Assembly: GCF_000009605.1 (NCBI RefSeq)
Contig: NC_002528.1
Location: forward strand, 300,001-332,000
DNA from: Buchnera aphidicola str. APS (Acyrthosiphon pisum)
GTDB taxonomy: Bacteria > Pseudomonadota > Gammaproteobacteria > Enterobacterales > Enterobacteriaceae
Direction of reading: 5' to 3'
DNA length: 32,000 bases
Positions 9,445 to 20,224 of the stretch are shown one piece after another; the stretch's first letter is position 1, and every line of letters starts with the position of its first letter. Position numbers and translations under genes: made by a program. The notes under the pieces were generated by a model that was not told where the DNA came from, made no database searches, and worked only from the letters and a program-made list of their open reading frames with translations.

Positions 9445-12030
9445 ATGCAAAAATCTCTGGTAATAGTCGAATCTCCAGCAAAAGCAAAAACTATAAATCA
9501 ATATTTAGGTTCTGAATACATAGTTAAATCTAGCATCGGACACATCCGAGATTTAACGAAAGGAAAACTATATAACAAAGAAAAAAACAAAAAATTTTTA
9601 AATGAAAATTTCATTGAAAAGACTAATGAGAATAAAATTTTAATTAAACAAATGGGAATTGATCCTTATCAAAATTGGAAATTTGAATATCATATTTTAC
9701 CTGGCAAAGAAAAAATAATTTCTGAATTGAAATATATCGCAAATCAAGTTAAACATATATATCTTGCTACAGATTTAGATAGAGAAGGAGAAGCTATAGC
9801 TTGGCATTTAAAGGAAGTTATTGGGGGAGATTCTTCTAAATTTAGTCGTGTAGTATTTAATGAAATCACACAACATTCCATACAAAAAGCTTTTAAAAAT
9901 GTAGGTCATATAAATATGAATCGAGTGCATGCGCAACAAGCACGTCGGTTTATGGATAGAATTGTAGGTTATATGATTTCACCTTTATTGTGGAAAAAAA
10001 TTGCAAGAGGCTTATCTGCAGGACGAGTTCAATCTGTAGCCGTTCGTATAATAGCAGATCGTGAAAGTATTATAAAAAACTTTGTTCCTGAAGAATATTG
10101 GAAATTAGATGTGTCTCTTATTTCTCAAGATAAAAAAAAGATTAATATGGATGTCACACACTATAATAATAAAAAATTTCGTCCGATAAATGAGAATGAA
10201 GTATCTTTTGCAGTTGAAAAAATTCAAAAATCATCTTGCATTGTGAAAAATTACGAAGAAAAAATATCTTATCTAAAAGCACCTGCTCCATTTATAACAT
10301 CTACTTTGCAGCAATCTGCCAGTCTTCGTTTAGGATTTAGCGTAAAAAAAACAATGTTTTTAGCGCAAAAATTATATGAAGAAGGCTATATAACTTATAT
10401 GAGAACTGATTCCAATTATTTAAGTGAATATGCTATTAAAAAAGTACGAAAATATATAAAAAGTAATTATGGCTCTAATTACTTACCTAAAGAACCAAAT
10501 ATATATTCCAATGAAAAACATTCTCAAGAGGCTCATGAGGCTATTCGGCCTTCTGATATCAAAATAAAAAATATAGATTCAGATCATTTGAACTCTAGTG
10601 CTAAAAAATTATATGAATTAATTTGGAATCAATTTTTAGCTTCTCAAATGAAATCAGTTAAATACAAATCTATAACCGTAACAGTTTTAGCTGATATGTT
10701 TAAATTACAAAAAAGTGAACGAATTGTAATGTTTCAGGGTTGGAATAAAGTTTTAATTGAAGAAAAAAATGTTTTTTCTCAATTTCCAATACTTCAAACA
10801 GGAAGTCAGTTATTTATTAATAAAGTTACACCTAGTCAAAAGTTCACTAAACCTCCACCACGTTTTAGCGAAGCGTCTTTAGTTCGCGAATTAGAAAAAA
10901 AGGGTATTGGAAGACCTTCTACCTATTCTGCTATTACATCAAAAATACAAGATCGAGGATATGTTAAAATTAAAAAAAACAAATTTTACGCAGAAAAAAT
11001 GGGAGAAATTCTTACTATTCGATTAAAAAAAAGTTTCAGCAATTTAATTGATTATAATTTTACCGCACATATGGAAAAAAAACTTGATCAAGTTGCGGAA
11101 AATAAAGTTACATGGAGATATTTGCTTGATGATTTTTTTAAAAAGTTTTCTGAGCAACTAGAACAGGCTAAAAAAAGCCCAGAAGAAGGAGGAATGGAAT
11201 TAAATAATATTGTTCCAACTTCACTTAATTGTCCAATATGTTGCAAAAAAATGGGTATAAAAACTGCAATAACTGGTGTTTTTCTTAGTTGTTTGGGATA
11301 TAACAATACTGACAATAAAAAACGTTGCAAAAAAACTATTAATCTTATTACATTAAATGATTTTAATAAAGAACAAGATAATCAAAAAAAAATATCTCTA
11401 CAATTAATTCAAAAATGTGACATATGTAATATGTATATGGATAGTTATTTTATTAATGAAAAACTAAAGTTGCATATTTGTGCGAATAATCCCAGTTGTT
11501 CTGGCTATAAATTTGAAAAAGGAGTTTTTAAAAGTCCTATTTATTTATCTAAAACAATTCAATGTGAAAAATGTTATAATAATATGAAATTAAAAATAGG
11601 TCCATTTGGTAAATTTTTTACATGTATAAACAAAATATGTAAAAACACAAGAAAAATTTTACCTAATGGCGAAATATCTGATCCAAAATTAGAACCGATT
11701 CCTTTTCCAGAATTATTATGCAAACAATCTGACGCATGGTTTGTTTTACGGGAAGGCATTTCTGGTATTTTTTTTGCAGCAAATACTTTTCCTAAATCAC
11801 GTGAAACTAGATCTCCATTTGTAGAAGAATTAGTCCGTTTTCAACATTTATTACCAGAAAAAATATATTATTTATCTAGTGCACCTGTTATTGATAATTA
11901 TGGAAATAAAACTATTGTTTGTTTTGATAAAAAAAAGAAAACGCATTACATTGCTTCTAAAAAAGACGGAAAATTTACAGGTTGGTCAGCTGTATTTATT
12001 GATCAAAAATGGTGTGTAATAAATAAATGA
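9445..12030 (+). CDS. topA: DNA topoisomerase I
   Basis: Toprim (VIVESPAKAKTINQYLG), catalytic region EEGYITYMRTDS, and three C-terminal Cys4-type zinc ribbons (CPICC, CDIC, CEKC). Confidence 0.99.
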   Translation: MQKSLVIVESPAKAKTINQYLGSEYIVKSSIGHIRDLTKGKLYNKEKNKKFLNENFIEKTNENKILIKQMGIDPYQNWKFEYHILPGKEKIISELKYIANQVKHIYLATDLDREGEAIAWHLKEVIGGDSSKFSRVVFNEITQHSIQKAFKNVGHINMNRVHAQQARRFMDRIVGYMISPLLWKKIARGLSAGRVQSVAVRIIADRESIIKNFVPEEYWKLDVSLISQDKKKINMDVTHYNNKKFRPINENEVSFAVEKIQKSSCIVKNYEEKISYLKAPAPFITSTLQQSASLRLGFSVKKTMFLAQKLYEEGYITYMRTDSNYLSEYAIKKVRKYIKSNYGSNYLPKEPNIYSNEKHSQEAHEAIRPSDIKIKNIDSDHLNSSAKKLYELIWNQFLASQMKSVKYKSITVTVLADMFKLQKSERIVMFQGWNKVLIEEKNVFSQFPILQTGSQLFINKVTPSQKFTKPPPRFSEASLVRELEKKGIGRPSTYSAITSKIQDRGYVKIKKNKFYAEKMGEILTIRLKKSFSNLIDYNFTAHMEKKLDQVAENKVTWRYLLDDFFKKFSEQLEQAKKSPEEGGMELNNIVPTSLNCPICCKKMGIKTAITGVFLSCLGYNNTDNKKRCKKTINLITLNDFNKEQDNQKKISLQLIQKCDICNMYMDSYFINEKLKLHICANNPSCSGYKFEKGVFKSPIYLSKTIQCEKCYNNMKLKIGPFGKFFTCINKICKNTRKILPNGEISDPKLEPIPFPELLCKQSDAWFVLREGISGIFFAANTFPKSRETRSPFVEELVRFQHLLPEKIYYLSSAPVIDNYGNKTIVCFDKKKKTHYIASKKDGKFTGWSAVFIDQKWCVINK

Positions 12031-12082
12031 TATTTATAATAAATAAAATAAAATATTTTTAAAAATCTCGTTTTTTCTTGGA

Positions 12083-12883
12083 TTATATTAGATAACATTC
12101 ACGTATTTTTTCATTAATAAGTCTAATAAATTTTGAGCTGCTAGTGATATTTCCAGAATAATTATTATTATTATGTTCATACTCACCCATAAAATTATTA
12201 ATTAAACAACCAGCTTCTCGAACTTGCAATTTACTTGCTACAAATTTATTAGGATCTAAATTAAAATCAAATAAACAATCTATTTTTCCGGCTGCAACAT
12301 AAGCAGAATCAAGTATACTAGAACCAGTACATCTAAAAGAAATTCCAGATATTATTAATTTTTTATATATTTCAAAATAGGATGAAGTTAAATTATGAAT
12401 TTTATTGGATGGATTTACAGCAACTGTACTATAATTTAAAGTATTGATTGCACTGCATCTAGTTCGATATCCATTTAATTGTGAACCTTGTCCTTTTACG
12501 GCTGTGAATAAATCATTTTTTATAGGATCATATATTACAGAAATTTCTGTTTTATTTTTCACGACAACAGCTATAGAAACACAAAAATATGGGAAATATT
12601 TAAGAAAATTAGTTTTTCCATCTAATTCAGTAATAATCCAAACAGTATTTTTTTCATTTTTCTTAACAAGAATATTTTCATGTTTTTTTAAAATAGTATG
12701 ATAAGGATAAGATTTATGAATAATTTCACTGATTATTTTATTAGTCTTATAAATTATGTTATTTAAAAATACTTTGTTTTTTTCTACATCTTCTTTAACA
12801 AATTTGCGTCTTTCATAATTTTGAATAATAAAATTTCCTCCTTTTCGCACTGCACGAATAGCAATATTTAACATGGGATGCAT
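12083..12883 (-). CDS. suhB: SuhB / inositol-1-monophosphatase family protein with degenerate active site
   Basis: N-terminus MHPMLNIAIRAVRKGGNFIIQNYE, plus YDPIKNDLFTAVKGQGSQLNGYR and RCTGSSILDSAYVAAGKIDC, align collinearly with E. coli SuhB. Catalytic motifs are altered (see finding). Confidence 0.93.
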   Translation of the reverse strand: MHPMLNIAIRAVRKGGNFIIQNYERRKFVKEDVEKNKVFLNNIIYKTNKIISEIIHKSYPYHTILKKHENILVKKNEKNTVWIITELDGKTNFLKYFPYFCVSIAVVVKNKTEISVIYDPIKNDLFTAVKGQGSQLNGYRTRCSAINTLNYSTVAVNPSNKIHNLTSSYFEIYKKLIISGISFRCTGSSILDSAYVAAGKIDCLFDFNLDPNKFVASKLQVREAGCLINNFMGEYEHNNNNYSGNITSSSKFIRLINEKIRECYLI

Positions 12884-13129
12884 ATAAATCTCCTAAAATT
12901 TTAACGTTTCTTAGAATAATGTTACTATTTAAAAATATTTAATATTCATTCAATTTTAATAATATACTTTTAGATATGAAAACAATCTCAAAATTAATGA
13001 ATTTATTATATTAATATATTATTATAATCAAATTATAAAAAATAATAATATAATTTTATTATTTTTTCTTACTAAGGCAATTATTTTAAATGAACAAATA
13101 TTTTGTATTAATTTATTTTAGGTTTTTAG

Positions 13130-14221
13130 ATGAATAATCATATTGATATATTTAACATTCCAATATCTAAAATTAATTTGTTAGATTTAAATCGTCAAAA
13201 TTTGAAATATTTTCTTATTTCTTTAGGTGCAAAAAATTTTTGCACAGAACAAGTCATGAGTTGGATTTACAATTATTATTGTGATGATTTCAATAAAATG
13301 CTGAACATTAGTATTAAAACAAGAAAAAAACTATATGAAAAATCTTATATATTTGCATCAGAATTTATAGAAGAAAAAATTTCTTATGATGGTACAATTA
13401 AATGGATCACTGATATTAATAATCAAAAAATTGAAACGGTATATATGCCGGAAAAAAAACGATCTACTCTTTGTGTTTCCTCCCAAATAGGATGTTCATT
13501 AAAATGTCATTTTTGTGCTACTGGACAAGAAGGTTTTCAACGTAATTTAAAAGTTTCTGAAATTATTGCTCAAATTTGGCAAGCAAATAAAAGATTAAAA
13601 GAAAAAAATATAAAAAAGAATATTACTAATATAGTCTTTATGGGTATGGGTGAACCTTTGTTAAATTTAAAAAATGTTGTTTCCGCATTAACAATTATTT
13701 TAGATGAGTATGGTTTTGGTTTATCGAAACGTCGTGTTACCTTATCTACTTCAGGAATAGTTCCTGCATTAGATAAATTAAGAAACATGATCGATGTTTC
13801 TTTGGCAATTTCTTTACATGCCCCAAATGATTTTATTAGAAATATTATTATGCCAATTAATAGAAAATATAATATTTCTTCTGTTTTAAGTTCAGCATTA
13901 AAATATTTTAAATATTCAAATGCTAATCGAGGTGGAATAACAATAGAATACGTTATGCTAGATAGAATTAATGATTCCAATGAAAATGCTCGACAATTAT
14001 CTGTTTTATTAAGTAAAATACCTAGCAAAATTAATTTAATTCCCTGGAATTCTTTTTCAGGTCCATCTTTTTTGTGTAGTAATACTGATCGAATAAATAT
14101 GTTTGCAAATATTCTCAGAAAAAAAGGATTTACGACAACAATTAGAAAAAATAGAGGAGAAGATATTAATGCTGCATGTGGTCAGTTAACTGGTATTATA
14201 ACAAATTATTTTAAAAAATGA
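13130..14221 (+). CDS. rlmN: Dual-specificity 23S rRNA/tRNA adenine-C2 methyltransferase RlmN (radical SAM)
   Basis: Radical SAM motif SLKCHFCATG, GMGEPLLN, LHAPND and C-terminal RGEDINAACGQL. Confidence 0.98.
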   Translation: MNNHIDIFNIPISKINLLDLNRQNLKYFLISLGAKNFCTEQVMSWIYNYYCDDFNKMLNISIKTRKKLYEKSYIFASEFIEEKISYDGTIKWITDINNQKIETVYMPEKKRSTLCVSSQIGCSLKCHFCATGQEGFQRNLKVSEIIAQIWQANKRLKEKNIKKNITNIVFMGMGEPLLNLKNVVSALTIILDEYGFGLSKRRVTLSTSGIVPALDKLRNMIDVSLAISLHAPNDFIRNIIMPINRKYNISSVLSSALKYFKYSNANRGGITIEYVMLDRINDSNENARQLSVLLSKIPSKINLIPWNSFSGPSFLCSNTDRINMFANILRKKGFTTTIRKNRGEDINAACGQLTGIITNYFKK

Positions 14222-14271
14222 TTTATTTGTTATTCTTTTCCATGATATATAAGCATATAAAATAAAAATTT

Positions 14272-15378
14272 ATGAATAATAAGTGTAAAATTATCAATAG
14301 AAGAAAATCTGATCGTATTTATGTTGGAAAAGTCGCTATTGGCAATAATGCGCCAATATCAGTTCAATCTATGACAAATACTCGTACTACTAATATCTCT
14401 GAAACTATTAATCAAATCTTAGAGTTACAAAAAGTAGGAGTAGATATTGTTCGTATTTCTATACCCAATTTAAAAGCTGCAGAATCATTCAAAGAAATAA
14501 AAAAACAAACAAATGTTCCATTGATTGCAGATATACATTTTGATTACAGATTAGCTTTACAAGCTATAAAATATGGTGCAGATTGTTTAAGAATTAATCC
14601 TGGGAATATTGGAAATAAAAGAAGAGTATCAGAAATCATTTCTTACGCAAAAGATGAAAATATTCCAATTCGTATTGGTGTTAATGCTGGATCTTTAGAA
14701 AAAGATATATTAAAAAAATATAAAATACCTACTCCAGATGCATTAGTAGAATCAGCTATGAGGCATATTGAATACTTTGATGCTTTAAATTTTAATCAAT
14801 TTAAAGTTAGTGTTAAAGCGTCTGATGTATTTTTAGCTATTGAATCATATCGCATGTTAGGAAAAAAAATTACACAACCTTTGCATATTGGCATAACTGA
14901 ATCCGGTGGTTTAAGGAATGGAACAGTTAAATCATCTATAGGTATTGCTTTATTATTATTAGAAGGCATTGGAGATACAATACGAGTTTCATTAGCGGCA
15001 CATCCAACTGAAGAAGTAAAAGTAGGTTATGACATTTTAAAAGTTTTATCTTTAAGAGCAAGAGGTATTAATTTTATTGCTTGTCCTACTTGTTCTAGAC
15101 AAGAATTTGATGTAATTAATACAGTAAATCAACTAGAAAAAAATCTAGAAGATATCTCGACTCCCATAGATGTATCAATTATTGGTTGCGTTGTTAATGG
15201 AATAGGTGAATCTAAAATAGCAACTTTAGGTCTAGCAGGAAGTCATAAGAAAAGTGCATTTTATGAAGACGGAGTAAGACAAAAAGAAAAAATAAAAAAC
15301 GAAGAAATTATAGAAAAAATGGAAATTAAAATTCGAAAAAAAATAGACAAATTAAATAATTCAAAAAAAAATAATTAA
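14272..15378 (+). CDS. ispG: 4-hydroxy-3-methylbut-2-enyl diphosphate synthase (flavodoxin-dependent)
   Basis: [42 protein letters not shown] and GCVVNGIGE motifs. Confidence 0.99.
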   Translation: MNNKCKIINRRKSDRIYVGKVAIGNNAPISVQSMTNTRTTNISETINQILELQKVGVDIVRISIPNLKAAESFKEIKKQTNVPLIADIHFDYRLALQAIKYGADCLRINPGNIGNKRRVSEIISYAKDENIPIRIGVNAGSLEKDILKKYKIPTPDALVESAMRHIEYFDALNFNQFKVSVKASDVFLAIESYRMLGKKITQPLHIGITESGGLRNGTVKSSIGIALLLLEGIGDTIRVSLAAHPTEEVKVGYDILKVLSLRARGINFIACPTCSRQEFDVINTVNQLEKNLEDISTPIDVSIIGCVVNGIGESKIATLGLAGSHKKSAFYEDGVRQKEKIKNEEIIEKMEIKIRKKIDKLNNSKKNN

Positions 15379-15403
15379 TTGATATTTAATACAAGAGACA
15401 ATA

Positions 15404-16675
15404 GTGAATAAAGAAATTAAATCTATTAGAGGCATGTATGATTATTTTCCAAAAGATTTAAAAATATGGAATTATATAGAAATTATATTCAAAGAAGTTC
15501 TGAATAGTTACTGTTATTTAGAAATTAGATTACCTATATTAGAAAAAACTGAAATTTTTAAAAGAGCGATTGGTAACGTTACTGATGTAGTAGAAAAAGA
15601 AATGTACTCTTTTAATGATCGAAAAGGTAATAATTTAACTTTACGTCCAGAAGGCACTGTGGGCTGTGTGAGGGCTATAATACAAAATAATTTACTACAA
15701 AAAAGTAATAAATTTTGGTATTTAGGTCCTATGTTTCGATATGAAAGACCGCAGAAGGGAAGATATCGTCAATTCTATCAGTTAGGTGCAGAAGTATTCG
15801 GATTAGATACGGAAGATATAGATTTAGAAATTATTATTTTAACAAATCGTTTATGGAAAAGAATTGGTATTGATTCATTTATAACATTAGAAGTAAATTC
15901 AATTGGTTCTAAAATAGATCGTGTGCAATATAAAAAAGAATTAGTTAATTTTCTTAAAAAACGTGAATATTTATTAGATGAAGACTGTAAAAGAAGACTA
16001 TATACTAATCCATTACGTATTTTAGATTCTAAAAATCAAGATATTCAAAATTTATTAAAAGAAGCACCATTGCTAAGTGAATATATTAGTTTTTCTGAAA
16101 ATAATCATTTTAAAAATTTGTGTAATATGATGAACCATCATGGAATAAAATATAAATGCAATCCGCATTTAGTAAGAGGATTAGACTATTATAATAGTAC
16201 TGTTTTTGAATGGAAAAGCAATAAATTAGGAGCACAAAATACTATTTGTGCAGGAGGTCGATATGACTCTTTAGTTCAAGAAATGGGAGGGAGAAAAACA
16301 CCAGCTATAGGATTTGCAATAGGAATAGAACGTTTAGTTTTATTGGTAAAATCACTAAAAATTTTTTCTGAAGTAATAGAAGAATCGAATGTATATATTA
16401 TTTTTATAGGAGATAATAATAAATGTCATGCTATAAATTTATCTGAAGAAATAAGAGATTTATACCCAAAATTGAGGATATTTATTAATTTTTTACATCA
16501 AAATCTTACAAAAAAAATAAAAAACGCTATCAGTTCTCTAGCAAGAATTATTATTTTAATAGGTGATAATGAAATCAAAAAAGGATTTTTTTTGGTTAAG
16601 GATTTAAAAGAAAAAAAAGAATATCATCTTTTAAAAAAGGAATTAATACTAAAAATTCAAGAAATTTTTAAATAA
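15404..16675 (+). CDS. hisS: Histidyl-tRNA synthetase
   Basis: [53 protein letters not shown] motifs. Confidence 0.99.
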
Positions 16676-16734
16676 ATTTATTTATTTCATAAAAATAATT
16701 TTTATATTTTTGTATAATAACTTTTAGGTAAAAA

Positions 16735-17988
16735 ATGTTAAATAATAAAATAGATTTTTCAAAATATGATCCAAAACTATGGTTTGCAATAGAACAAGAA
16801 AAAAAAAGACAAGAAAATCATATAGAATTAATAGCATCGGAAAATTATACGAGTAATTATGTAATGGATGTACAGGGTTCACAATTGACTAATAAATATG
16901 CAGAAGGTTATCCTGGAAAAAGATATTATGGTGGTTGTGAGTATGTAGATATAATAGAAGAATTAGCAATTGAACGAGCAAAAAAATTATTTAACGCCGA
17001 TTATGCTAATGTTCAACCACATTCTGGCTCTCAAGCTAATTTTTCTGTTTATACCGCATTGTTAAATCCTGGTGATACAATATTAGGTATGAAGTTATCA
17101 CATGGTGGTCATTTGACTCATGGATCATCTGTCAATTTTTCAGGTAAAATGTATAATGTTATTTCCTATGGAGTAGATGAAAATGGTGAAATTAATTATG
17201 AAGAATTATTAAGATTGACGAAAAAGTATAAACCAAAAATGATTATTGGTGGTTTTTCAGCATATTCTGGCATTTGTAACTGGAAAAAAATGCGATTTAT
17301 TGCAGATAACGCGGATGCTTATTTTGTTGTTGATATGGCTCATGTTGCTGGTTTAGTAGCAGCTGGAATCTATCCAAATCCAATTAATTATGCTCATGTT
17401 GTTACGAGTACAACTCATAAAACATTAGCGGGACCTAGAGGCGGTCTTATTCTTGCTAAAAATGGAGATGATATTTTATATAAAAAATTAAACTTATCAG
17501 TTTTTCCTGGAGCACAAGGTGGACCATTAATGCATGTAATTGCAGCAAAAGCTATTGCATTTAAAGAAGCTTTAGAACCAAAGTTTAAAACATATCAAAA
17601 ACAAATAGTAAAAAACTCTAAAGTTATGGTTGAAAGATTTTTAGAAAAAGGATATAAAATCATATCTGGACATACTTTTAATCATTTGTTTCTAATTGAT
17701 TTAACCAATAAAAAAATAACAGGAAAAGATGCTGATATTATTTTAAGTAAAGCAAATATAACTGTTAATAAAAATACGATACCTAATGATTTAAAAAGTC
17801 CTTTTATTACTTCAGGCATACGTATTGGTACTGCCGCTGTTACTAGAAGAGGATTCAAAGAAAATGAGGTCTCTAGAATATCAGATTGGATAACTAGTAT
17901 TTTAAATAATGTTGATGATCATAATAATGTTCTTCAAATAAAAAAGAAAGTATTAGAAATGTGTTTAAAATATCCCGTGTACATTTGA
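16735..17988 (+). CDS. glyA: Serine hydroxymethyltransferase
   Basis: [33 protein letters not shown] lysine motif [16 protein letters not shown]. Confidence 0.99.
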   Translation: MLNNKIDFSKYDPKLWFAIEQEKKRQENHIELIASENYTSNYVMDVQGSQLTNKYAEGYPGKRYYGGCEYVDIIEELAIERAKKLFNADYANVQPHSGSQANFSVYTALLNPGDTILGMKLSHGGHLTHGSSVNFSGKMYNVISYGVDENGEINYEELLRLTKKYKPKMIIGGFSAYSGICNWKKMRFIADNADAYFVVDMAHVAGLVAAGIYPNPINYAHVVTSTTHKTLAGPRGGLILAKNGDDILYKKLNLSVFPGAQGGPLMHVIAAKAIAFKEALEPKFKTYQKQIVKNSKVMVERFLEKGYKIISGHTFNHLFLIDLTNKKITGKDADIILSKANITVNKNTIPNDLKSPFITSGIRIGTAAVTRRGFKENEVSRISDWITSILNNVDDHNNVLQIKKKVLEMCLKYPVYI

Positions 17989-18075
17989 TCAAAAATGTTG
18001 AATATGTCCATCTTTGTTAATCATTATATTAATAATGATAAAAATCATACTTTCTAAAACTATTTTTTAAACTTT

Positions 18076-18750
18076 TTATTTAGGTAGTTTGATTTTTATT
18101 TTTTTAAAATTAATTCTATTTTTATTTTTAAAATAAGGAACTACGCCCAAAAATGGAGATTTAATATAATTTAACAAAGTTTGGATGTAATGCATATTAT
18201 ATTTGTCTTTTGGAAAAATATTATTAGCAATCCAGCCTCCACATTTTATTTGATCTGAAATAATAGCTTTTTCTGTTAAAATTGCATGGTTAATACATCC
18301 CAATTTGATTGCAATTATTATAATAACAGTTAATTTTTCTTGTTTCACCCAACTTGAAAAAGTATCTTTACAAGATAGTGGTGTATACCATCCACCAGCA
18401 CCTTCTACTAAAATCCAATTGCTTTTTTTTGTAATATTGTTTAAACCTAAAGACAATTCTTCTTTTTTAATACTCCTTTTTTGAAATTTACTTAAGATAT
18501 GAGGTGGAGCATTTTCAAAAAATGCAATCGGATTAACTTCTCTATCACTTAATATTATAGAGCTACTTTTCTTAAGAAGAATCGCGTCTTGATTAAAAAA
18601 ACCAGATGATTTTTTTTGGCCTCCAGAAGAGACAGGTTTGTATCCTGCTGTCTGATATCCAGACATAGTGGCTTTTTTTAGCAAAATACTGCTTACTATT
18701 GTTTTTCCTACATTTGTATCAGTTCCAGTAATGAAAAATTTTTTTATCAT
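18076..18750 (-). CDS. bioD: Dethiobiotin synthetase
   Basis: Walker A-like GTDTNVGKT, YKPVSSGGQ, VEGAGGW. Confidence 0.96.
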   Translation of the reverse strand: MIKKFFITGTDTNVGKTIVSSILLKKATMSGYQTAGYKPVSSGGQKKSSGFFNQDAILLKKSSSIILSDREVNPIAFFENAPPHILSKFQKRSIKKEELSLGLNNITKKSNWILVEGAGGWYTPLSCKDTFSSWVKQEKLTVIIIIAIKLGCINHAILTEKAIISDQIKCGGWIANNIFPKDKYNMHYIQTLLNYIKSPFLGVVPYFKNKNRINFKKIKIKLPK

Positions 18751-18905
18751 AATAAAATCTTTTTTTTTAAATCTGACGTAGTATTAAAGAATTATATTGT
18801 TTTAATATCGTAATTAACATATTTAATATATTTTTATATTATTATTTTAAATATAAAAAAGTTTCTTTATTAACAATCATATTCATATTAATTGCCCTCC
18901 AAATC

Positions 18906-18973
18906 GAGTAACTCAATATTAGTTATTATGTCTATTTGATACAATAACATATAACTATAATATTGAGTTACTC
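18906..18973. repeat. Long imperfect hairpin between bioB and bioD
   Basis: GAGTAACTCAATATT (18906-18920) and AATATTGAGTTACTC (18959-18973) are exact reverse complements (15 bp). The stem continues inward as AGTTAT/ATAACT after a 2-nt bulge, then ATGT/ACAT after a 1-nt bulge. Confidence 0.7.
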
Positions 18974-19114
18974 CTAAAATAAAAAAGATAATATTATTCT
19001 TATTTAGAAGAATTTCCCAATATTTTATTTGAAGAAAATAAAATATTTTTATGATTAATAGATTCAAAAATTTCTATAATTTTTATTTCTTCAAGGATAT
19101 TTTTTTTAAATAAA

Positions 19115-20146
19115 TTATATTATAGCTGCATTATAATATTGATCTTTTTTAATTTTTGACGATTTTATAATAGTTTTATATTCATCTTCTTTTAATAAAG
19201 TTTGTGTTTTATTTTCAGGAATTAAATCTAATTTCTTAAATAATTCTAAATCATGTTTTTCTTCTGGATTATCTGAAGTAAGTAATTTACATCCATAAAA
19301 AATAGAATTTGCTCCAGCCATAAAACACATTGCTTGAGTTTGATCGTTCATTTTATGACGTCCGGCTGACAATCTAATATAAGATTTTGGCATCATAATG
19401 CGAGCTACAGCAATAATACGAATAAAATCAAATGGTTCTACATCTTTATTATCTGCCATTGGAGTACCTGGAATTTTTACTAACATATTAATAGGTACAC
19501 TTTCTGGTTGAATAGATAAATTAGATAATTCCATTAATAATTCAATACGATCTTGTTTTTTTTCGCCTAAACCTATGATTCCTCCAGAACAAACTTTCAT
19601 TCCCGAACTACGAACTGCATGCAATGTATGAAGTCGTTCTTGATATGTACGAGTAGTAATAATATTATTGTAAAAATTTTTAGATGTATCTAAATTATGA
19701 TTATAAAAATCTAAACCGGCATCAGCTAGTTTTTTTGCTTGTGTGCTATTTAATGTACCCAGAGTCATACAGGTTTCCATACCCATTTCTTTTATTTTTT
19801 TAATAATTTCTTCTAAATAAGGCATATCTTTTTCTTTTGGGTTTTTCCATGCAGCACCCATACAGAATCGACTAGATCCTGAATCTTTCGCTTTTTTTGC
19901 AGCACTTAGGATTTGTTCTATTTCTAATAAAGGTTCTTTTTTCAAACCTGTTTTATATCTAGAACTTTGCGGACAATATTTACAATCTTCTGGACACGAT
20001 CCTGTTTTTATAGAAAGCAAAGTGCTTATTTGTATTGTATTAGGATCAAAGTTTTTTCTATGTTCTTCTTGAGCTTGAAACATAAGATTAAAAAATGGTT
20101 TTTTAAAAAGCATTTTTGTTTCTTCTAAAGTCCATTTTTTTTTCAT
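19115..20146 (-). CDS. bioB: Biotin synthase (radical SAM)
   Basis: [17 protein letters not shown] cluster motif, [37 protein letters not shown]. Confidence 0.98.
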   Translation of the reverse strand: MKKKWTLEETKMLFKKPFFNLMFQAQEEHRKNFDPNTIQISTLLSIKTGSCPEDCKYCPQSSRYKTGLKKEPLLEIEQILSAAKKAKDSGSSRFCMGAAWKNPKEKDMPYLEEIIKKIKEMGMETCMTLGTLNSTQAKKLADAGLDFYNHNLDTSKNFYNNIITTRTYQERLHTLHAVRSSGMKVCSGGIIGLGEKKQDRIELLMELSNLSIQPESVPINMLVKIPGTPMADNKDVEPFDFIRIIAVARIMMPKSYIRLSAGRHKMNDQTQAMCFMAGANSIFYGCKLLTSDNPEEKHDLELFKKLDLIPENKTQTLLKEDEYKTIIKSSKIKKDQYYNAAII

Positions 20147-20224
20147 ATTATCTCCAAAAAAATTGTGATTTTATTTAAGTTAACGTTTATACTGAATTAT
20201 TTAATATTTTATATATAAATTATT

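Noticed and set aside
4631-14028. Antisense or overlapping ORFs of 60-152 aa, e.g. 4631-4939(+), 5670-5873(+), 8691-8897(-), 11088-11330(-), 12444-12701(+), 13570-14028(-)
   Set aside because: All lie opposite well-supported conserved genes (trpC, trpD, sohB, topA, suhB, rlmN) and have no recognisable domain; they look like shadow ORFs of biased codon usage.
18020-18039. Small hairpin ATCATTAT-ATTA-ATAATGAT between convergent glyA and bioD
   Set aside because: Only an 8-bp, almost all-AT stem with no strong U-tract; not distinguishable from background palindromes.
20163-20192. Possible BirA operator in the 78-bp bioB/bioA divergent spacer: TTGTGATT-N14-GTTTATAC
   Set aside because: Matches the enterobacterial BirA half-sites only partially (about 5/8 and 6/8) and the spacing is shorter than canonical; in this AT-rich sequence that is easily chance. 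Would need conservation across strains and a birA gene in the genome.
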